DNA of 64,000 nucleotides from Candidatus Omnitrophota bacterium (lineage in GTDB: Bacteria; Ratteibacteria; UBA8468; MWAK01), in assembly GCA_043826355.1 (NCBI GenBank), contig JBDRQI010000030.1, positions 32,001 to 96,000 on the forward strand, given 5' to 3'. Every line of letters starts with the position of its first letter. Position 1 is the stretch's first letter. The notes beneath the pieces were generated by a model that made no database searches, was not told the DNA's origin, and saw only the letters and a list, made by a program, of their open reading frames with translations. Below, piece after piece: positions 19,885-30,184 of the stretch. Both the position numbers and the translations under genes were made by a program.

Positions 19885-20700
19885 ATGGAAAATAAAACAA
19901 CTGCACAGGTTGAGCCGCTGGTAAGTGTGGTTACCGTTTGCCTGAATAGCGAGAAGTATCTTGAGCAGACTATTGAAAGCGTAATCGGGCAGACCTATCA
20001 AAACATTGAATACATCATCATTGACGGCGGATCCACCGACGGAACCCTGGATATCATCAAGAGACACCGGGACCGCGTCGCTTATTGGGTCAGCGAGCCG
20101 GACCAGGGGCTTTATGATGCCATGAACAAGGGCATTGCCCGGGCGAAGGGGAAACTGGTGGGAATCCTTAACAGCGACGACTATTATCAGCCGAATGCGG
20201 TGGAGGTTATCGTTAAAGAATTCCGGAAAGACAATGAGGCGGGCGTTTTTTCTGGAGAATTATTATTTTTGGTAGCTGGACCGAAATCCAAGATTCAATG
20301 GCGGCGAAGATTAGCCGGGCTGGGAACTTTCGGGCAGGAAGTCGTTCATCCAGCCATGTTCGTCAAAAAAGAGATATATCAAAAATTTAAATATGATTTA
20401 AGATACAAGCTTGAAGCGGATGTGGATTTCGTTTATAAGCTTTACTTTAACAGGGTTAAATTTCATACCTGCCCGGATTTAATAGCTGTTTTTCGTGTCG
20501 GCGGCATCAGCAAATCTTACCGGTCGTTGATCGATAGTTTTATGATTCGCAATAAATATTTCAGCTTAAAATTTTTACCCAAAAACATCACCATTCTTTT
20601 TATTCGGTCAATTAATTGGAGCATAAAAAAGTTTATTTTGAAAAATAATTTTAACCATCCATTATTAAATTGGTACCGTAAATACCGAAAGTTAATTTGA
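19885..20700 (+). CDS. Glycosyltransferase family 2
   Basis: IDGGSTDGT, SEPDQGLYDAMNKG, LNSDD. Confidence 0.92.
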   Translation: MENKTTAQVEPLVSVVTVCLNSEKYLEQTIESVIGQTYQNIEYIIIDGGSTDGTLDIIKRHRDRVAYWVSEPDQGLYDAMNKGIARAKGKLVGILNSDDYYQPNAVEVIVKEFRKDNEAGVFSGELLFLVAGPKSKIQWRRRLAGLGTFGQEVVHPAMFVKKEIYQKFKYDLRYKLEADVDFVYKLYFNRVKFHTCPDLIAVFRVGGISKSYRSLIDSFMIRNKYFSLKFLPKNITILFIRSINWSIKKFILKNNFNHPLLNWYRKYRKLI

Positions 20701-20802
20701 CTCGTATGGGTAATTGGAAAACTCAGAAAATTGCGGCTGATGCGGAAAAATCGGGGAAATGATATTATAAGCGTTCGCAGTTATGCTGAAAACGGAGATT
20801 TT

Positions 20803-22047
20803 ATGCAATCGAACGGCAAGAAACTACTGATAATTTTTTTGCTTGCCCTGTCGTTAAGGTTTGCCTGGATCGCCACCCTGAATAATACCGTTGATGAGTG
20901 GAAGGAAGAAGGCGTTAAAGAGGCGGCCTGGTCCATTATTGAGGGCAGGGGTTATTCCATGCCCCGTTCCGCAATAGGTTATCCGGGCACAGAGCCACCC
21001 CTTTATTCTTTAAGGGAACCGCTTCTCAGTTTTTTTCTGGTGCCTGTTTTTTTTCTTTTCGGTGAGAATTATCTCGTTGTTAAGTTTTTGCTGGCAATTT
21101 TGGGAAGTCTCGCGGCCGTTTTGCTCTACAAGTTGGGAAAGGAGATTTTTGACTCGGAAAAGATAGCATTAACTGCCGCATTTGCAACTGCTTTTTTACC
21201 GGAATTAATTTATTGGAATGGTCAGATAACCCCGGAAACCTTGAGTGTGTTTGTGCTTATTCTGCCGGTCTTGTTTTTAACCAGGAGCCTCAAAAACCCA
21301 TCCCGGAGTAATATCTTTTTATCCGGTTTTTTTCTCGCTCTGGCGGCGCTCACCAGGGCCCAGACGATTATCATGGCGCCGTTCTTGCTTCTTTCTTTCG
21401 TTCTGGTTCAGCGGCATCGGCTAAGAGCTTTTTGGAGTGCCTGCCTTATTTTTTTATTTTTCGCGCTTACTTTCTCTCCCTGGATTATTCGAAATTTTGC
21501 CATCCACCACCGCTTAGTAGTCATTCCAACCACTACCGGGCAGGCTTTTTACGTCGCCAACAACCCCGGCACAATTAAGGAAATAAACAAGTCAGCCGGA
21601 ACTTTTCGCGGGGACGACTTGTCCCTATTTGAAGGAATGTCGGAAATCGATATTTATAACTGGTACCGGCGAGAAGCATTTCAGTTTATCTTTTCCCATC
21701 CGAAAGATTATCTCAGGCTGGTTGTCGACCGTTTCTTCCGGTTCTGGAGGTTTTATCCCCATATTGGTTTGGGCATCGAAGGCAGTCTTTACGGCATGGC
21801 TCATTTTTGGGCAAGTATTCTGACTTCAGGGGTGGTAATTATGCTCTGTGTTGTCGGCGGGATACTTTCCGTGAAAAACTGGCGCCAGAGCCTTCTTTTA
21901 CTGGTTCTGATCGTTTCATTTTCAACGATGACCATTTTGGGCCGGGTTGCCATTAGATACCGACTGCCGATTATGCCGTACGTCATTTTGTTTGCTTCTT
22001 ATGCTTTTTACCGTATTTTTCCGCGATTGGGAAAAGATTCTAAATAA
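20803..22047 (+). CDS. GT-C fold (ArnT/PMT-like) membrane glycosyltransferase
   Basis: Multi-TM; PWIIRN, RYRLP; likely start ATG 20803 after GGAGA. Confidence 0.8.
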   Translation: MQSNGKKLLIIFLLALSLRFAWIATLNNTVDEWKEEGVKEAAWSIIEGRGYSMPRSAIGYPGTEPPLYSLREPLLSFFLVPVFFLFGENYLVVKFLLAILGSLAAVLLYKLGKEIFDSEKIALTAAFATAFLPELIYWNGQITPETLSVFVLILPVLFLTRSLKNPSRSNIFLSGFFLALAALTRAQTIIMAPFLLLSFVLVQRHRLRAFWSACLIFLFFALTFSPWIIRNFAIHHRLVVIPTTTGQAFYVANNPGTIKEINKSAGTFRGDDLSLFEGMSEIDIYNWYRREAFQFIFSHPKDYLRLVVDRFFRFWRFYPHIGLGIEGSLYGMAHFWASILTSGVVIMLCVVGGILSVKNWRQSLLLLVLIVSFSTMTILGRVAIRYRLPIMPYVILFASYAFYRIFPRLGKDSK

Positions 22048-22913
22048 TGTCTGAGGAAGTTTTACGGCGGATATGGTTGGAAAGAGGGTTGCAGGAAGCG
22101 CTGGCCGGACTCTATTATTTTCAACAGGGGCTGAACCGCTATCCTTCAGTAATTACGGATACGGAGAGCCTGATTTCTCTTGGTCTGGCGGTCAGGAAAA
22201 AGAGGCGTCTGGTTTTAACCCCGGCCGGCGTTTCACTCGCCTATCATCTTGCGGAATACCGCAGTCAGGTGGAGCGGGATGGAATAAGACCGGTTTTAGA
22301 ACGGTTGAAAATTGACCGGAATTCGGTTGTGCTGGATTTCGGCTGCGGCGGCGGGGGAACTCTGCTGGCGGCGTTCCGTTTTAATCCCAGACGGGTAACC
22401 GGTATTGACCGCGACGGTTACGCGGTTGAATTTGCCGAATTTTTGTTTCGCCAAAGCGGGATATCCCGGGAGCGTTACTTTTTCCTGAATTCCGAAATCA
22501 ACGCTGTCTCGTTGCCGGAAAAATCTTTTACCCACATAATCTGCCGGCTTGTCCTGTACCGGGTGAGGGTTAACCAGGCGCTGGCTGTTTTGAGCCGAAC
22601 CACCAAAAGCGGCGGTCATATTTATATCCTGGCGCATTCGGCCGGATATTATCTTTCCCGGACTAAACTTATTTTGCGGAACCCGGTTTGGCTCGGCTAT
22701 TTTTTATTCGTTTTTTCCAACGGTTTAATTTTTTCAGCCACCGGTTTGCAGTTAACTTTGAAGTTGGGGAGCAGACGATTTTCAGAGCTCTTTTTTACGG
22801 AAGGTTCCCTAAAACGGGCGTTGCGCGGCAACGGTTTTAAAGTAGAAATTTTTAAGCGGCAGCCAAAGGACGGCCGCCGGGCAATTTTTGAGGTTTTCGG
22901 TGTTAAACTTTGA
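22047..22913 (+). CDS. Class I SAM-dependent methyltransferase with N-terminal extension
   Basis: VLDFGCGGG, GID. Confidence 0.75.
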   Translation: MSEEVLRRIWLERGLQEALAGLYYFQQGLNRYPSVITDTESLISLGLAVRKKRRLVLTPAGVSLAYHLAEYRSQVERDGIRPVLERLKIDRNSVVLDFGCGGGGTLLAAFRFNPRRVTGIDRDGYAVEFAEFLFRQSGISRERYFFLNSEINAVSLPEKSFTHIICRLVLYRVRVNQALAVLSRTTKSGGHIYILAHSAGYYLSRTKLILRNPVWLGYFLFVFSNGLIFSATGLQLTLKLGSRRFSELFFTEGSLKRALRGNGFKVEIFKRQPKDGRRAIFEVFGVKL

Positions 22914-22974
22914 CGGTTTCGGGAAGAAAAAGATAAAATAAAAGAGAAAAGAGCACACAAAGATAGACAAAGTT

Positions 22975-23048
22975 GTCATCCTGAGCCGCAATTGCGAAGG
23001 AACTATATTTATTAATAACGAGATTCTTCGGCTTTGCCTCAGAATGAC
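22975..23048. repeat. GTCATCCTGAG...CTCAGAATGAC palindromic element
   Basis: Similar copies at 56747, 58669 and 60346. Confidence 0.85.
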
Positions 23049-23064
23049 AGAGGGAGGAAATAAA

Positions 23065-24432
23065 GTGAATCCTAAAATTGGTTTGGCTGAGGTTGATATA
23101 ACGCCGCCGGTTGGCAGTTCCCTGGTTGGCTATTTTGAAGACCGGAAGAGCACCGGTGTTCACGACAATCTCTTTGCCCAGACTTTTATTTTTCAGTCCG
23201 GGGAAACTCAAATTGTCCTGATTACCTGCGACCTGATTGTCCTTCTGCCGGACACGGTTAACGAGGTCAAGGAGTTAATCAGCCGGGAATTTTCCATTAT
23301 GCCGGAAAATATATTTATGCACAGCACCCATACCCATACCGGGCCGGCTACGGCAAGCGCTTTTGGCGTTGAACAGGACGTAAATTACATCCGGTCTTTA
23401 CCCGGTCGTATCGCCGGTTCGGTCCGGCAGGCGGTTTTAAACCTGGCGCCGGGCCGCATCGGGTTTGGCAGCGGTGTAGAGGCAGGTGTTTCTTTTAACC
23501 GACGTTATCTGATGAAGGATGGGACAGTCCGCACCAACCCCGGCGCCGGCGACGCCTGGGATAAGATAATCGGAAAAGGTAATCCGGACATAGTGAAACC
23601 GACCGGTCCAATTGACCCGGAAGTGGCGGTTATGAGGATAGAGAATGAATTCGGTAATTTAAGGGCGGTGCTGGTCAATTTCGCCTGTCACCCGGATACC
23701 GTCGGCGGCAACCTGATTTCCGCCGATTATCCCGGAGTTATCCGACGGTTGGTGCGTAAAATCAAGGGTGAAAACGTGCTGGTGAGTTTTTTTAACGGCG
23801 CTTGCGGCAATATCAACCATCTGGATTTTTGGACCGGAAAAGTAAAAACCGGTTATTTTGCGCACACCGAATGGATGGGTACCATTCTAGCGGCTGAGGT
23901 GATAAAGGTTTGCGAGAAAATTGATTGCAGGTTATTTGAAACAGTTAAAGCAGCCAGCGCTGAATTGGAAATCGCGGTGCGGCAACCCGGCGAAAAAGAA
24001 CTTAAGTTCGCCCGGCGCCTGGTTGAGGGAGAGCGGAAAAAGTTATCGGAAGAGGATAAGGCAGAATTACGGCGCCGGAGTAATCTGTTCGGTGATGAAA
24101 TTGCCTGGCTGAAGGAGATGCTTTTTGTGGTTGACCAAGGAAAGAAGAAGGAAGAGGTGCCGGTGGGTGCGGTGCGGATAAACGATGCCGGGTTTGCTTT
24201 CCTGCCGGCGGAAGTTTTTGTGGAATACGGCCTGCGGATAAAATCCGAATCAAAATTGAAGTCTACTTTTGTAATCGAATTGACCAACAATTTCTTGGGA
24301 TACATACCAACCCGGCAGGCCTTTTCCGAAGGCACCGGTTATGAGGAGCGCCTGGCGCGGAGCAGTAACCTGGCACCGGAAGCCGGGGATTTGATTACGG
24401 ATGCGGCGCTGAAGTTGCTGGCGTCTTTATAG
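23065..24432 (+). CDS. Neutral/alkaline ceramidase-like metallo-hydrolase
   Basis: DITPP, HTHTGP, NRR, NFACHP, GACGNI, GYIP; GTG start after GGAGG. Confidence 0.8.
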   Translation: MNPKIGLAEVDITPPVGSSLVGYFEDRKSTGVHDNLFAQTFIFQSGETQIVLITCDLIVLLPDTVNEVKELISREFSIMPENIFMHSTHTHTGPATASAFGVEQDVNYIRSLPGRIAGSVRQAVLNLAPGRIGFGSGVEAGVSFNRRYLMKDGTVRTNPGAGDAWDKIIGKGNPDIVKPTGPIDPEVAVMRIENEFGNLRAVLVNFACHPDTVGGNLISADYPGVIRRLVRKIKGENVLVSFFNGACGNINHLDFWTGKVKTGYFAHTEWMGTILAAEVIKVCEKIDCRLFETVKAASAELEIAVRQPGEKELKFARRLVEGERKKLSEEDKAELRRRSNLFGDEIAWLKEMLFVVDQGKKKEEVPVGAVRINDAGFAFLPAEVFVEYGLRIKSESKLKSTFVIELTNNFLGYIPTRQAFSEGTGYEERLARSSNLAPEAGDLITDAALKLLASL

Positions 24433-24443
24433 GGAGGCTATTT

Positions 24444-25484
24444 ATGGTTGTTAATTGGGGAGTAATCGGCTGCGGCGGGATTGCGCGGCGGCGCACCATC
24501 CCGGAGGGGATTGTGCCGGCAAAGAACAGTTGTTTGACTGCGGTAATGGATGCCAATCTTTCGGTGGCAAGAGAGATGGCGAAAGATTTAAAGGTTAAGT
24601 CCTATGACACCGAAACGGAACTGCTGTCGGACCCGGAAATTAACGCAATTTACATTGCGACGCCGGCCTATCTGCATGCGAAACAGGCGACAGCGGCGCT
24701 GCGTTCCGGCAAGAACGTTTTGGTGGAGAAACCCCTGTCTTTGACGCTTTTTGATTGCGAATCTGTGATTAAAGAAGCGGAAAAACAGGGTCGGAAATTA
24801 GGGGTGGGTTATATGATGCGGTTTCACGGTTTTCATCAGCAGTTGCGGGTGATGATTTCCGAAGGACAGATTGGCAAGCCGGTTCTGGGTCGGGCCCAGC
24901 TTTCCTGCTGGTACCCGCCGATGGAAGGAGCCTGGCGGCAGAACCCGGAACTGGGCGGGGGCGGTTCTTTGGTTGATATGGGTAACCATCTCATTGACCT
25001 GTTGGAATATGTTTTCCAGTCACCGGTTACGGAAATAAATTGTTTTACCGGCAACCTCATTCAATCCTATCTTTCGGAGGATAGCGCTCTTACTACGGTT
25101 CGTTTTCAGAATGGGGCTCTGGGTATGGTTGATGCGTTTTTTTCCATACCGGATAATTCTTCCCGTAATTTTATGGAGGTTTACGGAAGTGCCGGCTCGG
25201 TCTTGGCGGAAGGAACCATCGGCCAGGGGTCGGCCGGAACCGCGCGCGCTTTTGCGGAAAAAGAGATGAAGGGTTATGAAGCGGACCAGAAAAGGTCTCA
25301 GTCGGGAGGAGTAGATTTAAAATTCCCGTTGGTAAATACCTATCAGGCAGAGGTTGAAGAGTTTGCAAACGCAATCCTGGAAGACCGTAAACCGGCTATT
25401 TCCGGAGATGATGGCCTGTGGTCGCAAAAACTGGTGTTGGCGGCTTACGAATCGGCCCGTACCGGCAGAGTAATTAAATTGTAG
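24444..25484 (+). CDS. Gfo/Idh/MocA oxidoreductase
   Basis: GCGGIA, EKP, GGG.L.DMG.H. Confidence 0.92.
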   Translation: MVVNWGVIGCGGIARRRTIPEGIVPAKNSCLTAVMDANLSVAREMAKDLKVKSYDTETELLSDPEINAIYIATPAYLHAKQATAALRSGKNVLVEKPLSLTLFDCESVIKEAEKQGRKLGVGYMMRFHGFHQQLRVMISEGQIGKPVLGRAQLSCWYPPMEGAWRQNPELGGGGSLVDMGNHLIDLLEYVFQSPVTEINCFTGNLIQSYLSEDSALTTVRFQNGALGMVDAFFSIPDNSSRNFMEVYGSAGSVLAEGTIGQGSAGTARAFAEKEMKGYEADQKRSQSGGVDLKFPLVNTYQAEVEEFANAILEDRKPAISGDDGLWSQKLVLAAYESARTGRVIKL

Positions 25485-25531
25485 GGGCACGATTCATCGC
25501 GCCCGCGCGGACCGGATGAATCCGACCCTAC
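25481..25531. repeat. GTAG-type REP pair
   Basis: GTAGGGGC-hairpin...hairpin-CCCTAC; its GTAG supplies the upstream TAG stop. Confidence 0.75.
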
Positions 25532-25559
25532 AGAATATATTATATTTTAAGGAGGATTT

Positions 25560-26822
25560 ATGGCGGAAAAATTGGCAATCGAAGGCGGGGAAGCGGTAAA
25601 CAAAGTTTTTTTTCCTAAATGGCCTTCTTTTGAGGAAACCACCATTCAGAAGGCGATGGAACCCCTGCGCACCGGGAAGGTCAATTACTGGACCGGCGAG
25701 ATGGGGGTCAGGTTTGAAAACGAGTGGGCGAAATGGAACGGCGCAAAGTACGGGATAACAACCAGCAACGGCACCAGCGCTCTTCATACGGCGGTAGCGG
25801 CTTTGGGGATAGGCCCCGGTGATGAGATTATTTGTCCCTCCTATTCTTTTATCGCTTCCTCATTCTGTATTCTTCAGGCGGGTGCCTTGCCGGTTTTTGC
25901 CGATGTAGATGAAACCCACACCCTTAACCCGGCCGAAATCGAGGATAAAATTACAGAAAGAACAAAGGCCATTATCGTCGTGCACCTTTACGGGGTAGTG
26001 GCCGACATGGACCCGATAATGAAAGTAGCCAAAGATCATAACCTTTTTGTGATTGAAGACTGCGCCCAGTGTTTCGGCGGTATCTATAAAGGAAAAAAGA
26101 CCGGAACCATTGGTGAAATCGGGTGCTTTAGTTTCTGCCAGAGCAAGCATTTCACCACCGGTGGAGAAGGCGGGGCGGTGATAACCGACAACGAAACGCT
26201 GCAGTGGGAATGCCGGTCTTTCCGCGACCACGGTTACGATGTCAAGGAGAGGCTGAGATTGCTGGAATTAGAAGCGAAGCTTACCTATATCCATAACCGG
26301 GTAGGTTTTAACTACCGTATGACTGAAATGCAATCAGTAATCGGCCTCTGCGAATTGGACCGGCTTGACACTTGGAACCTGGCCAACCGGAGGAAGAACG
26401 GCCGCTTTCTGATTGAAGCCCTGAAAGGCCATCCGCTGGTTACAAAAGCCCCGCTGGATACCAAAGAACGGGAGAACGCATTCTGGTGGGCGCCGTTTGT
26501 TCTTGATGTTGACCGGCTTAAGGTTCCGGTAAAGCAGTTTGTGAGTGCTATGGAAGCGGAGGGTGTTCCGGTTTACGGCGTTCAGTGGCCGGAGATGTAC
26601 AAGGAAAAGGCCTATCTTGAGCAGAACGGTTTCGGCCGGTTAAAATATCCTTTTAACGACCCTAACGCCCGGAAGATTGATTACGCGGCCTTTGACTGCA
26701 AAAAGGCAAATTGGCTTTCCAAACGGACGATGTCGTTCTTTACGCATCCGGTTTATACCCAAAAGCATATGGAACTTTACGTGGCGGCGTTCCAGAAGGT
26801 GGCTTCTGCGTATATGAAGTAA
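25560..26822 (+). CDS. DegT/DnrJ/EryC1/StrS PLP aminotransferase
   Basis: NGTSALH, EDCAQ, SFCQSK, GEGG, GFNYRMTE. Confidence 0.93.
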   Translation: MAEKLAIEGGEAVNKVFFPKWPSFEETTIQKAMEPLRTGKVNYWTGEMGVRFENEWAKWNGAKYGITTSNGTSALHTAVAALGIGPGDEIICPSYSFIASSFCILQAGALPVFADVDETHTLNPAEIEDKITERTKAIIVVHLYGVVADMDPIMKVAKDHNLFVIEDCAQCFGGIYKGKKTGTIGEIGCFSFCQSKHFTTGGEGGAVITDNETLQWECRSFRDHGYDVKERLRLLELEAKLTYIHNRVGFNYRMTEMQSVIGLCELDRLDTWNLANRRKNGRFLIEALKGHPLVTKAPLDTKERENAFWWAPFVLDVDRLKVPVKQFVSAMEAEGVPVYGVQWPEMYKEKAYLEQNGFGRLKYPFNDPNARKIDYAAFDCKKANWLSKRTMSFFTHPVYTQKHMELYVAAFQKVASAYMK

Positions 26823-26870
26823 CAACACGTGAAACTTTTTCTCTGTGAGGAGAACTAAGGCGGGGGGATT

Positions 26871-27821
26871 ATGGATTTGATGAAAACATTGAAGGGCTCT
26901 TTGCTGGAAAATTTTTTTCCGACTGGTTGGGACCTGGTTAAGATTGACCGGTGCTGTAGCAATCCGGCGAAGGCGGTTTGTGACCGGCAGCCCTGGTGGA
27001 ACAAGAATTTTGTTCCAGTTCCCTGCATATCCCTGGAAGAATTTGATATTAAGATGGGCCATGAGATTGCAACGGAAATCTGCGCGGCAAGGGAAGAAAA
27101 GAAAAAACTAATCCTGATTCTACCGGTCGGGCCGATGGGGATGTATAAGTGGGCTGTCTATTTTCTGAAGGAATGGAATGTTGATTGCCGGCATGTGTAC
27201 GGTTTCAATATGGATGAGTGGAGCGACCGGAATGGAAGGACCCTTCCTTCGGATAATCCCGGCGCTTTTCAGAATGCGATGGAAGGCGCTTTCTATGGTC
27301 CGCTCGGGTCTTTGACTGTGCCGGTCAACCAGCGTCATTTCGCAACCCCAAAACTGCTTACCGCTTATCCGAAAGAAATTGAAAAACTGCGGAAGGAAGG
27401 AGCAAAGATGGTGTTGATATTCGGCGTCGGCCGGGTTTTTCACATCGCTTTCTGGGAGCCGCATTTCGCCGCGGAATTTTCCAGTGTGGCGGAATGGAAA
27501 AAACAACCCTACCGTTTAGGGGCAAAGTTGCATCCGCTTACCGTTGAACAGAATGCGATTACCAGTTTTAAAAGCCGGACCACCCTGGTGCCCTGTTTTG
27601 CCAACACCATCGGCCCGGGGATATTTCTCAAAGCGGATAAAATTATCGGCGGTTGCGACGGAAGTCTTGGTCGGGGAATGATGTGGCAGGGGATGAGTCT
27701 TTGGGTAACCCTGCGTTACGGACCCGATATGTGGGTCCCAAGCAGTTTTATGCCAACCCTGCCCGGCCGGTTATTTTTTCTGCAAGAACTGGCCGGACCG
27801 CTGGCCGCGGATTGTAACTAA
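26871..27821 (+). CDS. Divergent NagB/glucosamine-6-phosphate deaminase-fold protein
   Basis: [23 protein letters not shown] (compare NagB GIGxNGHIAFNEP). Confidence 0.7.
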   Translation: MDLMKTLKGSLLENFFPTGWDLVKIDRCCSNPAKAVCDRQPWWNKNFVPVPCISLEEFDIKMGHEIATEICAAREEKKKLILILPVGPMGMYKWAVYFLKEWNVDCRHVYGFNMDEWSDRNGRTLPSDNPGAFQNAMEGAFYGPLGSLTVPVNQRHFATPKLLTAYPKEIEKLRKEGAKMVLIFGVGRVFHIAFWEPHFAAEFSSVAEWKKQPYRLGAKLHPLTVEQNAITSFKSRTTLVPCFANTIGPGIFLKADKIIGGCDGSLGRGMMWQGMSLWVTLRYGPDMWVPSSFMPTLPGRLFFLQELAGPLAADCN

Positions 27822-27833
27822 CGGAGGACAAAA

Positions 27834-28538
27834 ATGAGAATATTGGCGGTGGGTGCCCATCCTGACGATATTGAATTTCTTTGTGCCGGCACACTCCTGA
27901 AGTTTCGCAAACGGGGTGACGAAATATTTACCGCCGTTTTATGCAACGGAGATAAGGGACACTATGAGATTGGCCCGGAAGAGTTGGCCCGTATCCGGCG
28001 CCTGGAGGCGGAAGCGGCGGCAAAATCGGAAAGAGCATCCCTGGTTAGCGTCGGCGCTTTTCCGGACCTGGAGGTTTATGCCGACAGTGAGAGCCGCCGG
28101 AAGGTGGTGGAAATAGTTCGGCAGGCAAAACCGGACCTAATTTTAACCCATTATCCGGATGATTATATGTGCGACCACTCCACGACCGGACGGTTGGTGA
28201 TAGACGCCTCTTTTGTAGCTTCGCTGCCCAATTACCATACGGAAAATCCGCACACCACATCAATTCCGCCGCTCTATTTTATGGATGCATTAGCCGCAGT
28301 CAACTTTCAACCGACCGATTACGTGGATATTTCGGAATTTATTGAAGAGAAAGGGAAGGCGCTTTTATGTCATCAGAGTCAGTACCAATGGCTGTTGGAC
28401 CACGATGGTGTTGACTACGTAGAATTTATGAAAAAACACAGCGCTTTTCGGGGTATCCAGTGCGGCGTTAAATACGCGGAGGCGTTTCGGCGCTACGCGG
28501 TCTGGGGTCGAATACGACCCGGCTGTTGGTTACCGTAA
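27834..28538 (+). CDS. PIG-L/LmbE-family N-deacetylase
   Basis: AHPDD, R..E, DH, HxSQ, AEAF. Confidence 0.9.
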   Translation: MRILAVGAHPDDIEFLCAGTLLKFRKRGDEIFTAVLCNGDKGHYEIGPEELARIRRLEAEAAAKSERASLVSVGAFPDLEVYADSESRRKVVEIVRQAKPDLILTHYPDDYMCDHSTTGRLVIDASFVASLPNYHTENPHTTSIPPLYFMDALAAVNFQPTDYVDISEFIEEKGKALLCHQSQYQWLLDHDGVDYVEFMKKHSAFRGIQCGVKYAEAFRRYAVWGRIRPGCWLP

Positions 28539-28541
28539 CTA

Positions 28542-30176
28542 TTACTTCCTGGCCGGGGGAGGAATAAGTGGGATTCCCTGCGGTCCGGGCATAAGAGGCG
28601 TTCCCATTTCTCCAGGGAATACTGGTGCCTGTAATTCCGCCAATTTACTTTCAGCTTCTTTTCGGAACGTAGCTTCCGGATGGAGTTCCAGGGCGGACCG
28701 CAAGAGATTAACGGCTTCCTCTTTTTTGTTTTCCTTCAATAAAACCAGCGCCTGGTCGTAATTAAAACGGGCTTGAAGTTTCTTGATTTCCTCAACGTAA
28801 GGTGCATCCGGGTTTTCCTTCAAGGCGGTTTGAATTAAAGGGATTGCTTCTGTTATTTTTCCTTCTTTTGCCAGCGCGGAGCCCTTCTGATAGGCCTGGG
28901 CAGAATTGGCGACACGCGCTTCCAGATTTTTGACCGCTCCCAGGGCTGCTTCTCTGACCTTTTTTTCCTGGTCGTTTTTGGAAAGATAAGTCAGAAATGG
29001 TTTTTGGTTTGCTCCGGCGCAGATACCTAATACTTCCACAATCTCAACCCTTAAACTGATTTCGTCCTTTTGCGACCAGCCTTCGGCTTCCGCAGTTTGT
29101 TCTTTAAGGATGGGTGTGATTAAAGGAAGGCCTCCCGGTATCGGCGGGCCTGCCATGACAGGTTGTCGCTGCGGCGGTTGGTTGAGAGAAGACCCGGTTA
29201 CGGCATCATCCGGATAATTCTCTTTCAGCCGGTTTACCATCAACGGAACCCCGGTTGCATCTTTCAATATTCCCAGAGCCAAAGCCATGGCTATTTTCCT
29301 CTCTCCGGTGGCCTGTAGATATGCCGGACGGATAATACCGGCAAACTCTTCCTTGCCTTTTTCCCGCACCAGTTCAACCACGTTCTGATTCGATAATCCG
29401 CCGGGAAAAACTCCGGCCCAGGCGGAAAGAATCGCCTTTAAACTTTCCGATGTGTTGATGGTTTTCAGAGCTTTGATTGCCGCCTGTTTTCCTTCGGTTG
29501 GAAAATCCGTTGCTTCCAGAGCCTCCCGTAAGAACGGAACGGCGGAGGGAAGGGCAATTTCACCCAACGATTCTACGGCTGCCACCCATATTTCCGGTAG
29601 TTCCCCGCTTTTTTGTGTAACTTCTCCGAGCGCTTTCACCGCTTCTTCTTCGGGGAAAAATCCCAACCACTTTGCCGCTGCAATTCTTTTGTTGGTTGGT
29701 CCGAACCGGAGGTCTTCCACCAACTCCGGAAGAGTGGCGTTTGGTTTTTCGGAGAGTTTGGTTATCCGGGACGTTTTTTCCCCCTCTTCCGTTTCTTTCT
29801 CCCCGGGTCCAACCAAAAAAATCCCGGCGGCTTTAAGATTTTTGATATCCTGCTCCGCTTTTTTGGCAACGTCGCTGTCCGGCGCAAGCTCCAGCACCTT
29901 CTGTAATTTTTCCGAAACCTTTTTATACTGTTTCTGCTGCCAGTAGATTATACCCAGATTATAGCAGGCCTCAGCATAGTCGGGCTTGATTTCAATCGCT
30001 TTTTCAAAGGCCGTTATCGCCTCGTTGTAATTCTGCGCTTCATACAATTCAACTCCTTGGTTGAAATAATCTTCCGCCTTTGGCGAAACGAATTCGGCGC
30101 CGGTTTGCTGTCCAAAGGCAGGCAAAGTAATGGCGAGAAAAATAATCGGTCCCACCCACATCGTCAGTCGTTTCAT
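28542..30176 (-). CDS. Exported TPR + HEAT-repeat protein
   Basis: Signal peptide (..PAFG), TPR AEACYNLG, HEAT repeats, Pro-rich linkers. Confidence 0.8.
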   Translation of the reverse strand: MKRLTMWVGPIIFLAITLPAFGQQTGAEFVSPKAEDYFNQGVELYEAQNYNEAITAFEKAIEIKPDYAEACYNLGIIYWQQKQYKKVSEKLQKVLELAPDSDVAKKAEQDIKNLKAAGIFLVGPGEKETEEGEKTSRITKLSEKPNATLPELVEDLRFGPTNKRIAAAKWLGFFPEEEAVKALGEVTQKSGELPEIWVAAVESLGEIALPSAVPFLREALEATDFPTEGKQAAIKALKTINTSESLKAILSAWAGVFPGGLSNQNVVELVREKGKEEFAGIIRPAYLQATGERKIAMALALGILKDATGVPLMVNRLKENYPDDAVTGSSLNQPPQRQPVMAGPPIPGGLPLITPILKEQTAEAEGWSQKDEISLRVEIVEVLGICAGANQKPFLTYLSKNDQEKKVREAALGAVKNLEARVANSAQAYQKGSALAKEGKITEAIPLIQTALKENPDAPYVEEIKKLQARFNYDQALVLLKENKKEEAVNLLRSALELHPEATFRKEAESKLAELQAPVFPGEMGTPLMPGPQGIPLIPPPARK

Positions 30177-30184
30177 ATTTGCCT

